A DNA stretch of 39,499 bases, from NCBI GenBank assembly GCA_964634485.1, contig CAZWJB010000001.1:8518-48016 (forward strand), read 5' to 3'. The notes below the pieces were generated by a model. The model saw only the letters and a program-made list of their open reading frames with translations. It made no database searches and was not told where the DNA came from. Each line of letters opens with the position of its first letter. Positions within the stretch are counted from its first letter, which is position 1. Origin of the DNA: an uncultured Thiohalobacter sp. (GTDB taxonomy: Bacteria; Pseudomonadota; Gammaproteobacteria; DSM-19610). The translations under genes were made by a program, and so were the position numbers. Positions 9,708 to 19,055 of this stretch are shown here, piece after piece.

Positions 9708-10992
9708 TCCCAGCATACGCATTTCCGGAGGGCGGCTGATAGACCCCGGTAACCGCATCGACGACCTGCTGGATATCTGTGTCTCGGGCGGGCGCGTTGT
9801 GGCGGTTGGCCAGTCTCCGGATGGTTTTTCCGCTGATATTGAACTGGATGCCAGCGGCCTGTATGTAATCCCCGGCCTGATCGATCTGAATACGCGCCTG
9901 CGTGAACCTGGCGAGGAATTCAAGGCAACAATAGACAGCGAATGCCGGGCAGCAGCAGCAGGCGGCATTACTACCCTGTGCTGTCCGCCGGATACCGACC
10001 CGGTAATAGACACACCGGCGGTAATCGAACTTATCCGGCACCGCGCACAGCAGGCCGGCGCTGCGCGTGTTGTCTCGCTCGGCGCCCTGACGCGTGGACT
10101 GGGTGGTGAGCGCCTGAGTGAAATGGCGGCTTTGCAGCAGGCAGGATGTGTCGGTGTCAGCAATGCGTTAAAGCCTCTGGCCTCAACATATATCCAGCGG
10201 CGCGCCTTCGAATATGCCGCGACTTTTGACCTGACCGTGTTTCTGCACGCCGATGATACTGCCCTGTCAGCCAATGGCTGCATGCACGAAGGGCACCTGT
10301 CCACGCGCCTGGGTCTGCCCGGTATACCGGAAGCGGCGGAAACCGTTGCCGTGGCCCGCGACCTGGCATTAATTCAGCAAACCGGTGTACGCGCCCATTT
10401 CTGCCGTCTGACTACCCAGCAGGCCGTACGCATGGTAGCGCGCGCCCGGTTTGATGATGTCCCCGTCACCGCAGATGTTGCCATTCCGAATCTCTACCTG
10501 AGCGAACTGGATACCGTTGACTTCGGTGCCGACTATCATTTCATTCCCCCGTTACGCACCCAGGAAGACCGTGACGGCCTCCTGGAAGGCCTGCAAAGCG
10601 GGGCGCTGTCAGCCCTGTGCTCAGACCACCAGCCGCACGAAGCCGATGCTAAACTGGCGCCTTTCCCGGCCACCGAACCCGGTGCTTCAGGCCTGGATTC
10701 GCTGTTATCGCTTACCCTGAAACTGGTCGAGGAAAATCACCTGTTGTTACCCGATGCCATCGCACGGGTAACCAGCGGCCCCGCCAGCATTCTCAATATC
10801 CCCTATGGTGAGTTGAGTGTCGGGCGCGCCGCCGACATCTGTATCCTTGATCCCCGGGTAACCTGGCGGCTGGACGAAACCAGCATGCACAGCCAGGGCA
10901 AGAACACACCGTTCCGCGGCTGGGAGCTACCCGGCAGGGCACGCTATACCCTGCGTGACGGGCAGATCATCTTCAACAGTGACGATGTATGA
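9700..10992 (+). CDS. pyrC': Dihydroorotase-like protein, probably the inactive PyrC' structural partner of ATCase
   Basis: Amidohydrolase-fold DHOase homologue, but the metal-binding HxH motif is replaced ([14 protein letters not shown]). Start ATG 9700 overlaps the pyrB end. Confidence 0.85.
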   Translation: MPDPSIRISGGRLIDPGNRIDDLLDICVSGGRVVAVGQSPDGFSADIELDASGLYVIPGLIDLNTRLREPGEEFKATIDSECRAAAAGGITTLCCPPDTDPVIDTPAVIELIRHRAQQAGAARVVSLGALTRGLGGERLSEMAALQQAGCVGVSNALKPLASTYIQRRAFEYAATFDLTVFLHADDTALSANGCMHEGHLSTRLGLPGIPEAAETVAVARDLALIQQTGVRAHFCRLTTQQAVRMVARARFDDVPVTADVAIPNLYLSELDTVDFGADYHFIPPLRTQEDRDGLLEGLQSGALSALCSDHQPHEADAKLAPFPATEPGASGLDSLLSLTLKLVEENHLLLPDAIARVTSGPASILNIPYGELSVGRAADICILDPRVTWRLDETSMHSQGKNTPFRGWELPGRARYTLRDGQIIFNSDDV

Positions 10993-11867
10993 GCGGTAAA
11001 TCCCGGCGCGGAACTATCAGCCTGGAGACCGCGCAAATACTTTCCCACCAGCCCTGCGCCGGTGAGCAGTATGTGTTACGCGTACAGGCGCCGGACTGTG
11101 CCGCAGGCGCGATACCCGGACAGTTCGCCCACCTGGCTTGTGACCCGCTACTGGCCATGCGCAGACCAATCTCTATTATGCGCGCCGATGCACAGCAGGG
11201 GTGGGTGGATTTCCTCTATAAAGTGGTCGGACAAGGCACCGCACTGCTGGCACAAAGAAAGGCTGGTGAAACCATCAGTCTGCTGGGTCCGATTGGTCAG
11301 CCGTTCAAACCCGACCAGTCCCGACCTCGCCCCCTGCTGCTGGGTGGTGGCGTGGGAATGCCACCCATGATCTTTCTTGCCGAGCGACTGAAACGGGAAA
11401 GTGTCTACCAGCCGCTGGTGTTGCTGGGATCGGAAGTTCCGTTTCCATTCAGTCAACGCCCGTCACAGATCATAATTCCGGGTATCCCCGAGGGCGTGAT
11501 CGGCGCAATGCCATTGCTGGAAGACTGGGGCATTCCCACACGGCTGGCCAGCCTGCAGGGTTATCCCGGCTGTTTTGACGGCTATATTACCGAGCTGGCG
11601 CGTTGCTGGCTGGACAGCCTTGATGAACAGCAACGCGCAGAAGTGGAAATCTTCGCCTGTGGTCCACATCCCATGCTGGAGGCTGCCGCCAGTCTGGCGA
11701 AGCAGTATAAGCTGCCTTGCCAGGTGTCACTGGAAGAGTTTATGGCCTGTGCAGTAGGTGGTTGTGCAGGCTGCGTTGTGGAAGTACAAACAGCGCAGGG
11801 TACGGCAATGAAACGGGTCTGTGTCGACGGCCCGGTATTCGACGCTTACACGGTCTTCGGCACCTGA
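10989..11867 (+). CDS. pyrK: Dihydroorotate dehydrogenase electron transfer subunit (FAD/2Fe-2S)
   Basis: PGQF, RRPISI, GGGVGMPP, ACGPHPML, and the Fe-S motif EEFMACAVGGCAGC...RVCVDGPVF. Confidence 0.88.
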   Translation: MSGKSRRGTISLETAQILSHQPCAGEQYVLRVQAPDCAAGAIPGQFAHLACDPLLAMRRPISIMRADAQQGWVDFLYKVVGQGTALLAQRKAGETISLLGPIGQPFKPDQSRPRPLLLGGGVGMPPMIFLAERLKRESVYQPLVLLGSEVPFPFSQRPSQIIIPGIPEGVIGAMPLLEDWGIPTRLASLQGYPGCFDGYITELARCWLDSLDEQQRAEVEIFACGPHPMLEAAASLAKQYKLPCQVSLEEFMACAVGGCAGCVVEVQTAQGTAMKRVCVDGPVFDAYTVFGT

Positions 11868-11873
11868 ACCGCC

Positions 11874-12983
11874 TTACTCGACCAGCGTCACACCCTCGAG
11901 CGCATTTGTGGCATCGAGGTCGCTGTCTTTCAGTTTGATCATCAGGCGCACTTCGTTGGCTGAATCCGCGTAGTGAATAGCGTCCTCCTGGGTGATTTCA
12001 CCTTCCCGGTACAACTCGTACAAGGCCTGGTCAAAAGTCTTCATACCCTGCTGGTTGGAGCGCTTCATCAATTCCTTGAGCTCGTGAACCGCACCTTTGC
12101 GGATTATATCCGCAGCCAGTGGCGTGTTGATCAGCACTTCGACCGCTACCCGGCGCCCCTTGCCGTCCGGTGTGGGAATAAGCTGCTGGGCCAGGATCGC
12201 TTTCAGGTTCAGTGACAAGTCCATCAGCAACTGGTCACGGCGGTCTTCCGGGAAGAAGTTGATTATACGGTCCATCGCCTGGTTGGCGTTATTGGCATGC
12301 AGTGTTGCCAGACACAGGTGGCCGGTTTCCGAAAAGACAATCGCGTGGTCCATGGTTTCACGGGTACGGATCTCGCCAATCAGAATAACGTCCGGCGCCT
12401 GACGCAAGGTATTCTTGAGTGCCGTGCCGAAAGAATCGGTATCAATACCGACTTCGCGCTGGGTGACGATGCAACCGGCGTGCTGGTGCATATACTCGAT
12501 CGGATCCTCAATGGTAATGATATGCCCGGTACTGTTGTGGTTACGGTAACCGATCATCGATGCCAGTGACGTTGACTTACCGGTACCGGTAGCGCCGACG
12601 AAAATAATCAGGCCGCGTTTGGTCATAGCCAGGTTCTTGACGATCGGCGGCAACGTCAGGTCTTCAATGGTTGGGATCTTGGTCTCGATACGGCGCAGCA
12701 CCATGCCACAGTGGTTGCGCTGATAAAATGCGCTGACACGAAAACGGCCAACGCCCGACGCACTGATGGCAAAGTTACATTCGTGATTCTTGTCGAAGTC
12801 CTTGCGCTGCCCGGCATCCATCACGCTCAACACCACCTCGCGTGCCTGCTCGGGCGTCAACGTCGACTGTGATACCGGCTTGATGCGACCGTTGACTTTC
12901 ATACTGGGTGGCATGCCTGCGGTGATAAACAGGTCAGAGCCCTGCTTGTGAACCAAAAGCTTCAGTAAAGAGTTAAAATCCAT
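11874..12983 (-). CDS. pilU: Type IV pilus retraction ATPase PilU
   Basis: Walker A GATGTGKST, TIEDPIE, LRQAPDVILIGEIR, TLHANNANQA. Downstream of pilT. Confidence 0.96.
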   Translation of the reverse strand: MDFNSLLKLLVHKQGSDLFITAGMPPSMKVNGRIKPVSQSTLTPEQAREVVLSVMDAGQRKDFDKNHECNFAISASGVGRFRVSAFYQRNHCGMVLRRIETKIPTIEDLTLPPIVKNLAMTKRGLIIFVGATGTGKSTSLASMIGYRNHNSTGHIITIEDPIEYMHQHAGCIVTQREVGIDTDSFGTALKNTLRQAPDVILIGEIRTRETMDHAIVFSETGHLCLATLHANNANQAMDRIINFFPEDRRDQLLMDLSLNLKAILAQQLIPTPDGKGRRVAVEVLINTPLAADIIRKGAVHELKELMKRSNQQGMKTFDQALYELYREGEITQEDAIHYADSANEVRLMIKLKDSDLDATNALEGVTLVE

Positions 12984-13007
12984 CGTGTGTCCCGGTTGTT
13001 CAGTTTT

Positions 13008-14045
13008 CTAGCGGAAGTCATCTTTGTTCATGGCCTTGGCTTTGGCATCAAGACGATTAATCAGGCCACGCTGAACCAGTTCCTGGAGGTTCTGATCGAG
13101 GGTCTGCATGCCAACCGCCTGCCCGGTCTGGATCGAAGAGTACATCTGCGCGACCTTGTCTTCGCGAATCAGGTTACGAATCGCCGGTGTACCAATCATG
13201 ATTTCGTGGGCCGCTATTCGACCACCACCTGTTTTCTTCAGCAGGGTCTGTGCAATAACCGCGCGCAGCGATTCTGACAGCATGGAGCGCACCATGTCTT
13301 TTTCCGCAGCGGGGAATACATCAATAATACGGTCAATGGTCTTGGCGGCGGAACTGGTGTGCAATGTACCGAAAACCAGATGCCCGGTTTCTGCAGCAGT
13401 CAACGCCAGCCTTATGGTTTCCAGGTCACGCAGCTCACCGACCAGGATAATGTCGGGATCTTCGCGCAGAGCCGAGCGCAACGCTTCGTTGAAGCCATGC
13501 GTATCGCGATGCACCTCGCGCTGGTTGACCAGGCACTTCTTGCTTTCGTGCACGAATTCAATTGGATCCTCAATAGTAAGGATATGTTCGAAGCGTTCGT
13601 TGTTGACGTGATCGACCATCGCCGCCAGCGTGGTGGATTTACCGGAACCGGTCGGCCCGGTCACCAGCACAATACCGCGCGGCTGGTCAGCGATTTCCTT
13701 GAAGCTCGCAGGACAACCCAGCTCCTCGAGTGTCAGGATGGTCGACGGGATGGTACGGAATACGCCGCCCGCGCCACGGTTGTGATTGAAGGCGTTAACA
13801 CGGAAGCGTGCCAGGTTGGGAATTTCAAAAGAGAAGTCAGTTTCCAGGAACTCCTCGAAGTCCTTGCGCTGCTTGTCGTTCATGATGTCGTATATCAGAC
13901 TGTGAACCGTTTTATGATCCAGGGCCGGCACGTTGATACGGCGAATATCGCCATCGACACGAATCATGGGCGGCAGACCCGCGGAAACGTGCAAATCAGA
14001 CGCGTTGTTTTTAACACTGAAGGCGAGTAACTCGGCAATATCCAT
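13008..14045 (-). CDS. pilT: Type IV pilus retraction ATPase PilT
   Basis: MDIAELLAFS, GPTGSGKST, LREDPDIILVGE, AIRNLIRE signature. Confidence 0.97.
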   Translation of the reverse strand: MDIAELLAFSVKNNASDLHVSAGLPPMIRVDGDIRRINVPALDHKTVHSLIYDIMNDKQRKDFEEFLETDFSFEIPNLARFRVNAFNHNRGAGGVFRTIPSTILTLEELGCPASFKEIADQPRGIVLVTGPTGSGKSTTLAAMVDHVNNERFEHILTIEDPIEFVHESKKCLVNQREVHRDTHGFNEALRSALREDPDIILVGELRDLETIRLALTAAETGHLVFGTLHTSSAAKTIDRIIDVFPAAEKDMVRSMLSESLRAVIAQTLLKKTGGGRIAAHEIMIGTPAIRNLIREDKVAQMYSSIQTGQAVGMQTLDQNLQELVQRGLINRLDAKAKAMNKDDFR

Positions 14046-14209
14046 GTGCTTTCCCTTTGCTGGTTCTGGGATTCCTTATCGTCAGCCGGTCGCAGAACTT
14101 GACCTTTCCGGCAGCCGACCCGGGCAAGTATAGTCTGCAGCCCCGGATACTGTAAAAGGAGGGATTTTGCGCTTGTATCAGGCATTTATGATCCTGTATT
14201 GTCTGCGCC

Positions 14210-15037
14210 ATGAAAACAACCCGACTCGCATTTATCGGCGCCGGCAACATGGCGCGTAGCCTGATCAGCGGCCTGATTGCCGATGGCTGGGATCCTGCTG
14301 GTATTTCAGTTTCAGACCCGGACAGCGGGCAGCTCACCGCACTCACCAGCTGCTTTCAGGTGCATACGGATACCGATAATCGCAGTGTTGCGGAAACCAG
14401 CGAGGTTCTGGTGCTCGCGGTAAAGCCCCAGGTTATTCAGGGAGTTGCCGAAGATCTCAGCGCCACGGTGCAGAAGCAGGCGCCGCTGGTGATATCCATC
14501 GCAGCGGGTATCCGTAGTACTGACCTGCAACGCTGGCTGGGCGGAAGCTGCGCGCTGGTGCGCTGCATGCCCAACACGCCGGCCCTGGTGCAGAGCGGCG
14601 CCACTGCCCTGTATCCCAACGAACAGGTATCCAGCGAGCAAAAAGACCTGGCCGAAACCATCCTGCGTGCGGTCGGTCTGGCGCTGTGGGTGGAAGACGA
14701 GGCGCTGATGGACGCCGTTACTGCCTTGTCAGGCAGCGGCCCCGCCTACTTCTTCCTGGTGATCGAAGCCTTGCAGGAAACCGGGATAGCCCTTGGCCTG
14801 AACGAAAAAACCGCCAGATTGCTGGCCCTGCAAACGGCATTTGGTGCAGCAAAAATGGCGCTGGAAAGCAGCGAGGACGCCTCTGTATTGCGCCAGCGTG
14901 TCACCTCCCCGGGTGGCACAACCGAAAAAGCGCTCGCCGTACTGGAAGCGGGCGGAATAAGAACTCTGTTTAATGATGCCCTGACAGCCGCCCGGGACCG
15001 TTCCCGGGAACTTGCACAGCAACTTGGAGGAAAATGA
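14210..15037 (+). CDS. proC: Pyrroline-5-carboxylate reductase
   Basis: FIGAGNMA, LAVKPQ, RCMPNTP, ALSGSGPAY, VTSPGGTT. Confidence 0.96.
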   Translation: MKTTRLAFIGAGNMARSLISGLIADGWDPAGISVSDPDSGQLTALTSCFQVHTDTDNRSVAETSEVLVLAVKPQVIQGVAEDLSATVQKQAPLVISIAAGIRSTDLQRWLGGSCALVRCMPNTPALVQSGATALYPNEQVSSEQKDLAETILRAVGLALWVEDEALMDAVTALSGSGPAYFFLVIEALQETGIALGLNEKTARLLALQTAFGAAKMALESSEDASVLRQRVTSPGGTTEKALAVLEAGGIRTLFNDALTAARDRSRELAQQLGGK

Positions 15038-15603
15038 TGGGCAGTAACTACGTCAGCAACCCCATCGAATTCCTGATCAATACCCTGTTCGGCCTTTACA
15101 TACTGACGGTAATGCTGCGCTTTATACTGGCCATAGTTCGCGCCGATTTTTACAACCCTGTCAGTCAGTTCCTTGTAAAAGTCACCAATCCGCCACTGCT
15201 CCCACTGCGCAAACTCATCCCCAGTATCGGTAAAGTAGATACCAGCTCGCTGGTTCTGATGCTGGCTCTGCAAATGGCCTCATTTGGTTTGATCGCGCTG
15301 TTGCGCGGTGGACAGATTTCCCTCGGGGCGCTTGTCATACTGTCGATAGCCGAACTGGTGGGGCTGCTATTGAACGTCTTTCTGTTCGCTATTTTCATTC
15401 AGGTAATCCTGAGCTGGGTAAACCCGGGCACCTACAATCCGGTGGTTTCGCTTTTATACAGCATCACCGAACCGGTCCTGCGGCCCTGCCGACGCCTGAT
15501 ACCACCAATGTCAGGTATGGATCTGTCCCCGCTGGTGGCATTGATTGCAATACAGCTGGCCAAAATGCTGCTGTTGCCGCCGCTGCTTCAGCTGGCGCAC
15601 TGA
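15034..15603 (+). CDS. yggT: YggT family membrane protein
   Basis: Two YGGT repeats (RADFYNPVSQFLVKVTNP; ITEPVLRP..IPPMSGMDLSP). Coupled to proC. Confidence 0.93.
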   Translation: MMGSNYVSNPIEFLINTLFGLYILTVMLRFILAIVRADFYNPVSQFLVKVTNPPLLPLRKLIPSIGKVDTSSLVLMLALQMASFGLIALLRGGQISLGALVILSIAELVGLLLNVFLFAIFIQVILSWVNPGTYNPVVSLLYSITEPVLRPCRRLIPPMSGMDLSPLVALIAIQLAKMLLLPPLLQLAH

Positions 15604-15649
15604 CCTTTCCCGCATGCCGAAGCCCGGGAGGGTATCCCGGCGCCCGAAC

Positions 15650-15665
15650 TGTGAACCAGTTCACA
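15650..15665. promoter_or_regulatory. Perfect CRP/Vfr-type binding site
   Basis: TGTGA-ACCAGT-TCACA, 10/10 consensus, intergenic, about 150 bp upstream of the dynamin-like gene. Confidence 0.6.
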
Positions 15666-15711
15666 TGCGCCCTGCCCCGTCCCGGCATGCGCTAACTATT
15701 TAAAAAACGGA

Positions 15712-15739
15712 CTAAAGAGCACTTACTTCCGGCCGCTAG
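15712..15739 (+). promoter_or_regulatory. Candidate sigma-28 (FliA) promoter
   Basis: cTAAA-N15-GCCGCTAG against the consensus TAAA-N15-GCCGATAA; exact spacing. Confidence 0.5.
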
Positions 15740-15814
15740 GGGTGTCGGACGCACCAAAGCGTAAACCCGTCTGTGGCCGGCGGCAATTAAAAATAACTTT
15801 CAGGAACGTGTTGC

Positions 15815-17800
15815 ATGAAGCAGGACCAACTCGACCAACGCCTGGACTCCTGCACGGCATGGCGTGAGAAACTGATTCACACAATCCAGAATTTCCAGGG
15901 CTGGCTGGAGGAGAACGAGCTGGCTTCAGCAGAGCAGGAATTCAGGATATTCGAAACCATAGAAGCATTGAGCAAGGACCGCCTCACAATCGCCTTCGTG
16001 GCAGAATTTTCGCGCGGCAAGACCGAGCTCATTAACGCCCTGTTCTTTGCTAATTACGGTCAGCGCCTGCTACCTTCCGAGGCCGGTCGCACCACCATGT
16101 GCCCGACCGAGTTATTTCACGACCCGGATTACGCCGAGGCCTATATCCGGCTGCTGCCTATCGAAACCCGTCTGCGGGATCAAAGTATCGCCGAACTGAA
16201 ACAGGACCCCATACAGTGGACACAAATCCAACTCAACGTCAGTGATCCGGAGCAGGTGTCACAGGCACTGCACGAAGTCATAAAGACCCGTCAGGTACCT
16301 CTGGCAAGGGCACGGGAAATGGGGCTGTATGATGAAAGCAGTGACCCGTATTTCCGGGCCCACGGCAATCCACCTGAGCAGGTCGAAATCCCGCACTGGC
16401 GTCATGCGCTGATCAGTTTTCCCCACGAGCTGCTCAAAAAAGGGCTGGTAGTACTGGATACCCCGGGACTGAACGCCATGGGTAGCGAACCTGAACTGAC
16501 CCTGAACATGCTGCCTTCCGCCCAGGCCGTGATGTTCCTGCTGGCGGCAGACACCGGTGTTACCCACAGCGACATGGATATGTGGGAGCATCATGTACGT
16601 ACTGTGCGCGACCAGGCCGACCAGAACCTGGTCGTGGTACTGAACAAAATCGACACCCTGTGGGATGAGCTCAAGGATTCTTCCAGCATTAACGCCAGTA
16701 TCGAAGCACAGCGCCTGTCGAGCGCCGAACAACTGCAGGTTGATCCTGCCCAGGTATTCCCGATTTCGGCACAGAAAGGCCTGCTCGGGAAAGTACGCGA
16801 TGACCTGCAACTATTGAAAAAAAGCCGTCTGCCGGAACTGGAAAAATTCCTGGTAGAAACCGTGCTGCCCGGAAAACAGGAAATCATGCGTAATAACGTG
16901 GTTTCACAGATCGGCAGCCTGGTTGATGACAACCTGAAGCTGCTTGAAAACCGCAAGAACAAGAGCACTGGCCAGCTTACTGAGTTGCGCTCACTGCGTG
17001 GCAAGAATGCTGACGTCATCATGCACCTTATGGCCAAATCACGCGAGGAGCAGACCGCTTACCTGCGCAATGTGGAAAGCTTTCAGAGCAGTCGCCGCCT
17101 GTTGCAAAACCAGGCACGCAGCATGCTGGAATCGCTCAGCATGGATACGCTCGACCGGCTTATCAACAAAACACGCGACAGTATGACCCACAGCTGGACA
17201 ACGGCCGGCCTGAAACGCGGCATGGAAACCTTTTTCGACGGTGCACGTGACGCCATGGAACAGGTCAGCAGTCACGCCGAGCAGACCCGGATGCTGATAC
17301 GTGCAACCTACAAGAAATTTCACGAAGAACACGGCCTGCCGCAAATCACGCCAAAGCAATATTCAGTCTCACGGTTTTCAACAGAACTCGAGCGCCTCTA
17401 CCAGGAAGCAGAGACTTTCCGGCGCAGCCCCGTTACAGCCATGACCGAACAGTCCTACGTAACAAAGAGATTTTTTATTTCGCTGGTCAGCCACACCCGC
17501 AGCCTGTTCTTCAAGGCGAACCAGGATGCCAATGCCTGGCTTAAGGAAGTTATGAACCCACTGGTCAGGCAGATAAAGGAACACAAGGCCACCATGGAGA
17601 AACGACTGGAGACTCTGCGGCGTATCAGCGAATCCCGGGATACCCTGGAAGTACGCATCAAGGAACTTGATGCGAGTCTGCGTGAGACCAAGAAACAAAT
17701 TGACACCTTGCAACAGATGAGCCATACCATAAACACACCGCTGCCCGGCGTGACAAGCGACGCGGACGCACGTATGGAAAAAGAAGAAGCCATAGTATAA
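15815..17800 (+). CDS. Bacterial dynamin-like GTPase
   Basis: G1 AEFSRGKT (Ala replaces the first Gly), G2 RTTMCPTE, G3 DTPG, G4 NKID, then a long helical/coiled-coil C-terminal stalk. Confidence 0.85.
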   Translation: MKQDQLDQRLDSCTAWREKLIHTIQNFQGWLEENELASAEQEFRIFETIEALSKDRLTIAFVAEFSRGKTELINALFFANYGQRLLPSEAGRTTMCPTELFHDPDYAEAYIRLLPIETRLRDQSIAELKQDPIQWTQIQLNVSDPEQVSQALHEVIKTRQVPLARAREMGLYDESSDPYFRAHGNPPEQVEIPHWRHALISFPHELLKKGLVVLDTPGLNAMGSEPELTLNMLPSAQAVMFLLAADTGVTHSDMDMWEHHVRTVRDQADQNLVVVLNKIDTLWDELKDSSSINASIEAQRLSSAEQLQVDPAQVFPISAQKGLLGKVRDDLQLLKKSRLPELEKFLVETVLPGKQEIMRNNVVSQIGSLVDDNLKLLENRKNKSTGQLTELRSLRGKNADVIMHLMAKSREEQTAYLRNVESFQSSRRLLQNQARSMLESLSMDTLDRLINKTRDSMTHSWTTAGLKRGMETFFDGARDAMEQVSSHAEQTRMLIRATYKKFHEEHGLPQITPKQYSVSRFSTELERLYQEAETFRRSPVTAMTEQSYVTKRFFISLVSHTRSLFFKANQDANAWLKEVMNPLVRQIKEHKATMEKRLETLRRISESRDTLEVRIKELDASLRETKKQIDTLQQMSHTINTPLPGVTSDADARMEKEEAIV

Positions 17801-17826
17801 ATTTTCCCTGAGAGTGGAATGCCCGC

Positions 17827-17859
17827 AAGCGGGGACGGGGTCAACCCTCCCCGCTTTTT
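17827..17859 (+). terminator. Rho-independent terminator after the dynamin-like gene
   Basis: AAGCGGGGA..GGG-gtcaa-CCC..TCCCCGCTT stem ending in a U run. Confidence 0.7.
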
Positions 17860-17938
17860 CTATTTCCCCCGCAATCATCCCCGGTTTAGTCTATAGTTTG
17901 ACTGGAGACCCGGATTCACCAGCAAGGAGAAAATTGAT

Positions 17939-18385
17939 ATGTACAAGAAATATCTGTTGCCATTCCTGTTCAGCACCCTGATCACCCTGACAGGCGCAGC
18001 CCATGCGGAAAACTCCCAGGATTTTGGTGACTATGTAGTCCATTTCAACGCCCTGAACACCAACTACCTGCCGCCTGCGGTACTGCGCGAATATGGCATC
18101 CAACGCAGCAAGAACCGCGGCATGATCAATATCGCGGTGTTGCGGAAAATACTGGGGACAACCGGCAAACCCGTGGAGGCTGATATTAGCGCGTCCGCCA
18201 GCAACCTTACCGGTCAAAAACGTAATATCAAACTGCGCGAAGTACGCGAAGATACGGCTATTTACTACATAGGGACTTTTCCGATTACACACGAAGAAAC
18301 CCTGCGTTTCACCGTCCAGGTGAAACCGGAAGGTGGCGGTGAAGCCCACAAGGTAAAGTTCACGCACCAGTTCTTCACGGACTAA
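17939..18385 (+). CDS. DUF4426 family exported protein
   Basis: Signal peptide (AAHA|EN); FGDYVVHFNA, YGIQRSK, EVRED.AIYYIG. AAGGAG RBS. Confidence 0.8.
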   Translation: MYKKYLLPFLFSTLITLTGAAHAENSQDFGDYVVHFNALNTNYLPPAVLREYGIQRSKNRGMINIAVLRKILGTTGKPVEADISASASNLTGQKRNIKLREVREDTAIYYIGTFPITHEETLRFTVQVKPEGGGEAHKVKFTHQFFTD

Positions 18386-19055
18386 GCCTGAACAGGGAAT
18401 ACAAACCGAAAAATATAACCAGTAATCCCGCAAGCTGTCGGGTGCGCCGCTCGCGCACCCGGGCAGACAGCCATGTTGCGGCTGCGCCCATCGCCAGCAG
18501 GTTCGGCAAGGTCCCCAGGCCGAAACTGAGTAACAGTGCTGCACCGTCCAGTGGGCTACCCGTGGATATGGACCATACCAGCACGCTGTAGACCAGTCCG
18601 CAGGGCAACCAGCCCCACACCAGCCCCAGCAGGAACGCCTGCCTGGGAGACTTTACCGGCAGGAAACGCCGCCCCAGGGGCTCCAGTCCCGACCACACCC
18701 AGCCGCCGGCACGTTCAACCTGCGCAAGGCCCTGCCACCAGCCGCCCAGGTACAGGCCCAGCGCGACCATAAACAGGGCGGCGAGAACCTGTAAAAACAG
18801 CTGCACCTGCTGGAGCCCGCTCCAGTTGGCCGCCAGCCAGCCGACCCCGCCCAGTAATGCGCCTGCCAGCGTATAACTCGTAATTCGTGCCGCGTTGTAT
18901 GCCAGCAGGTAACGCCAGCGCGCGAAACCAGTGCGCTCCGCTTCCGGGAGACCAAACGACAGCGCCGTGACAATCCCTCCACACATAGCGACACAATGCA
19001 CACCACCGAGCAATCCAACGAGAAATGCAGAAATCAGCGAAACATCAATAAGCAT
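18375..19055 (-). CDS. DsbD_2/TauE-like membrane protein (cytochrome c or heavy-metal biogenesis type)
   Basis: Multiple TM helices with GGVHCVAMCGG and GWLPCGLVY motifs, and FGLGTLP. Likely start ATG 19055. Confidence 0.8.
   Translation of the reverse strand: MLIDVSLISAFLVGLLGGVHCVAMCGGIVTALSFGLPEAERTGFARWRYLLAYNAARITSYTLAGALLGGVGWLAANWSGLQQVQLFLQVLAALFMVALGLYLGGWWQGLAQVERAGGWVWSGLEPLGRRFLPVKSPRQAFLLGLVWGWLPCGLVYSVLVWSISTGSPLDGAALLLSFGLGTLPNLLAMGAAATWLSARVRERRTRQLAGLLVIFFGLYSLFRLSP

Noticed and set aside
15729-15785. Possible c-di-GMP-I riboswitch (GGACGC..AAAGC resemblance) before the dynamin-like gene
   Set aside because: The GGCAAAC/GNRA tetraloop P2 and receptor arrangement is absent; kept only as a generic structured leader.
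15815-17800. Dynamin gene as part of a LeoABC-type or other defence island
   Set aside because: No partner genes, mobility genes or evident compositional shift; flanked by core genes.
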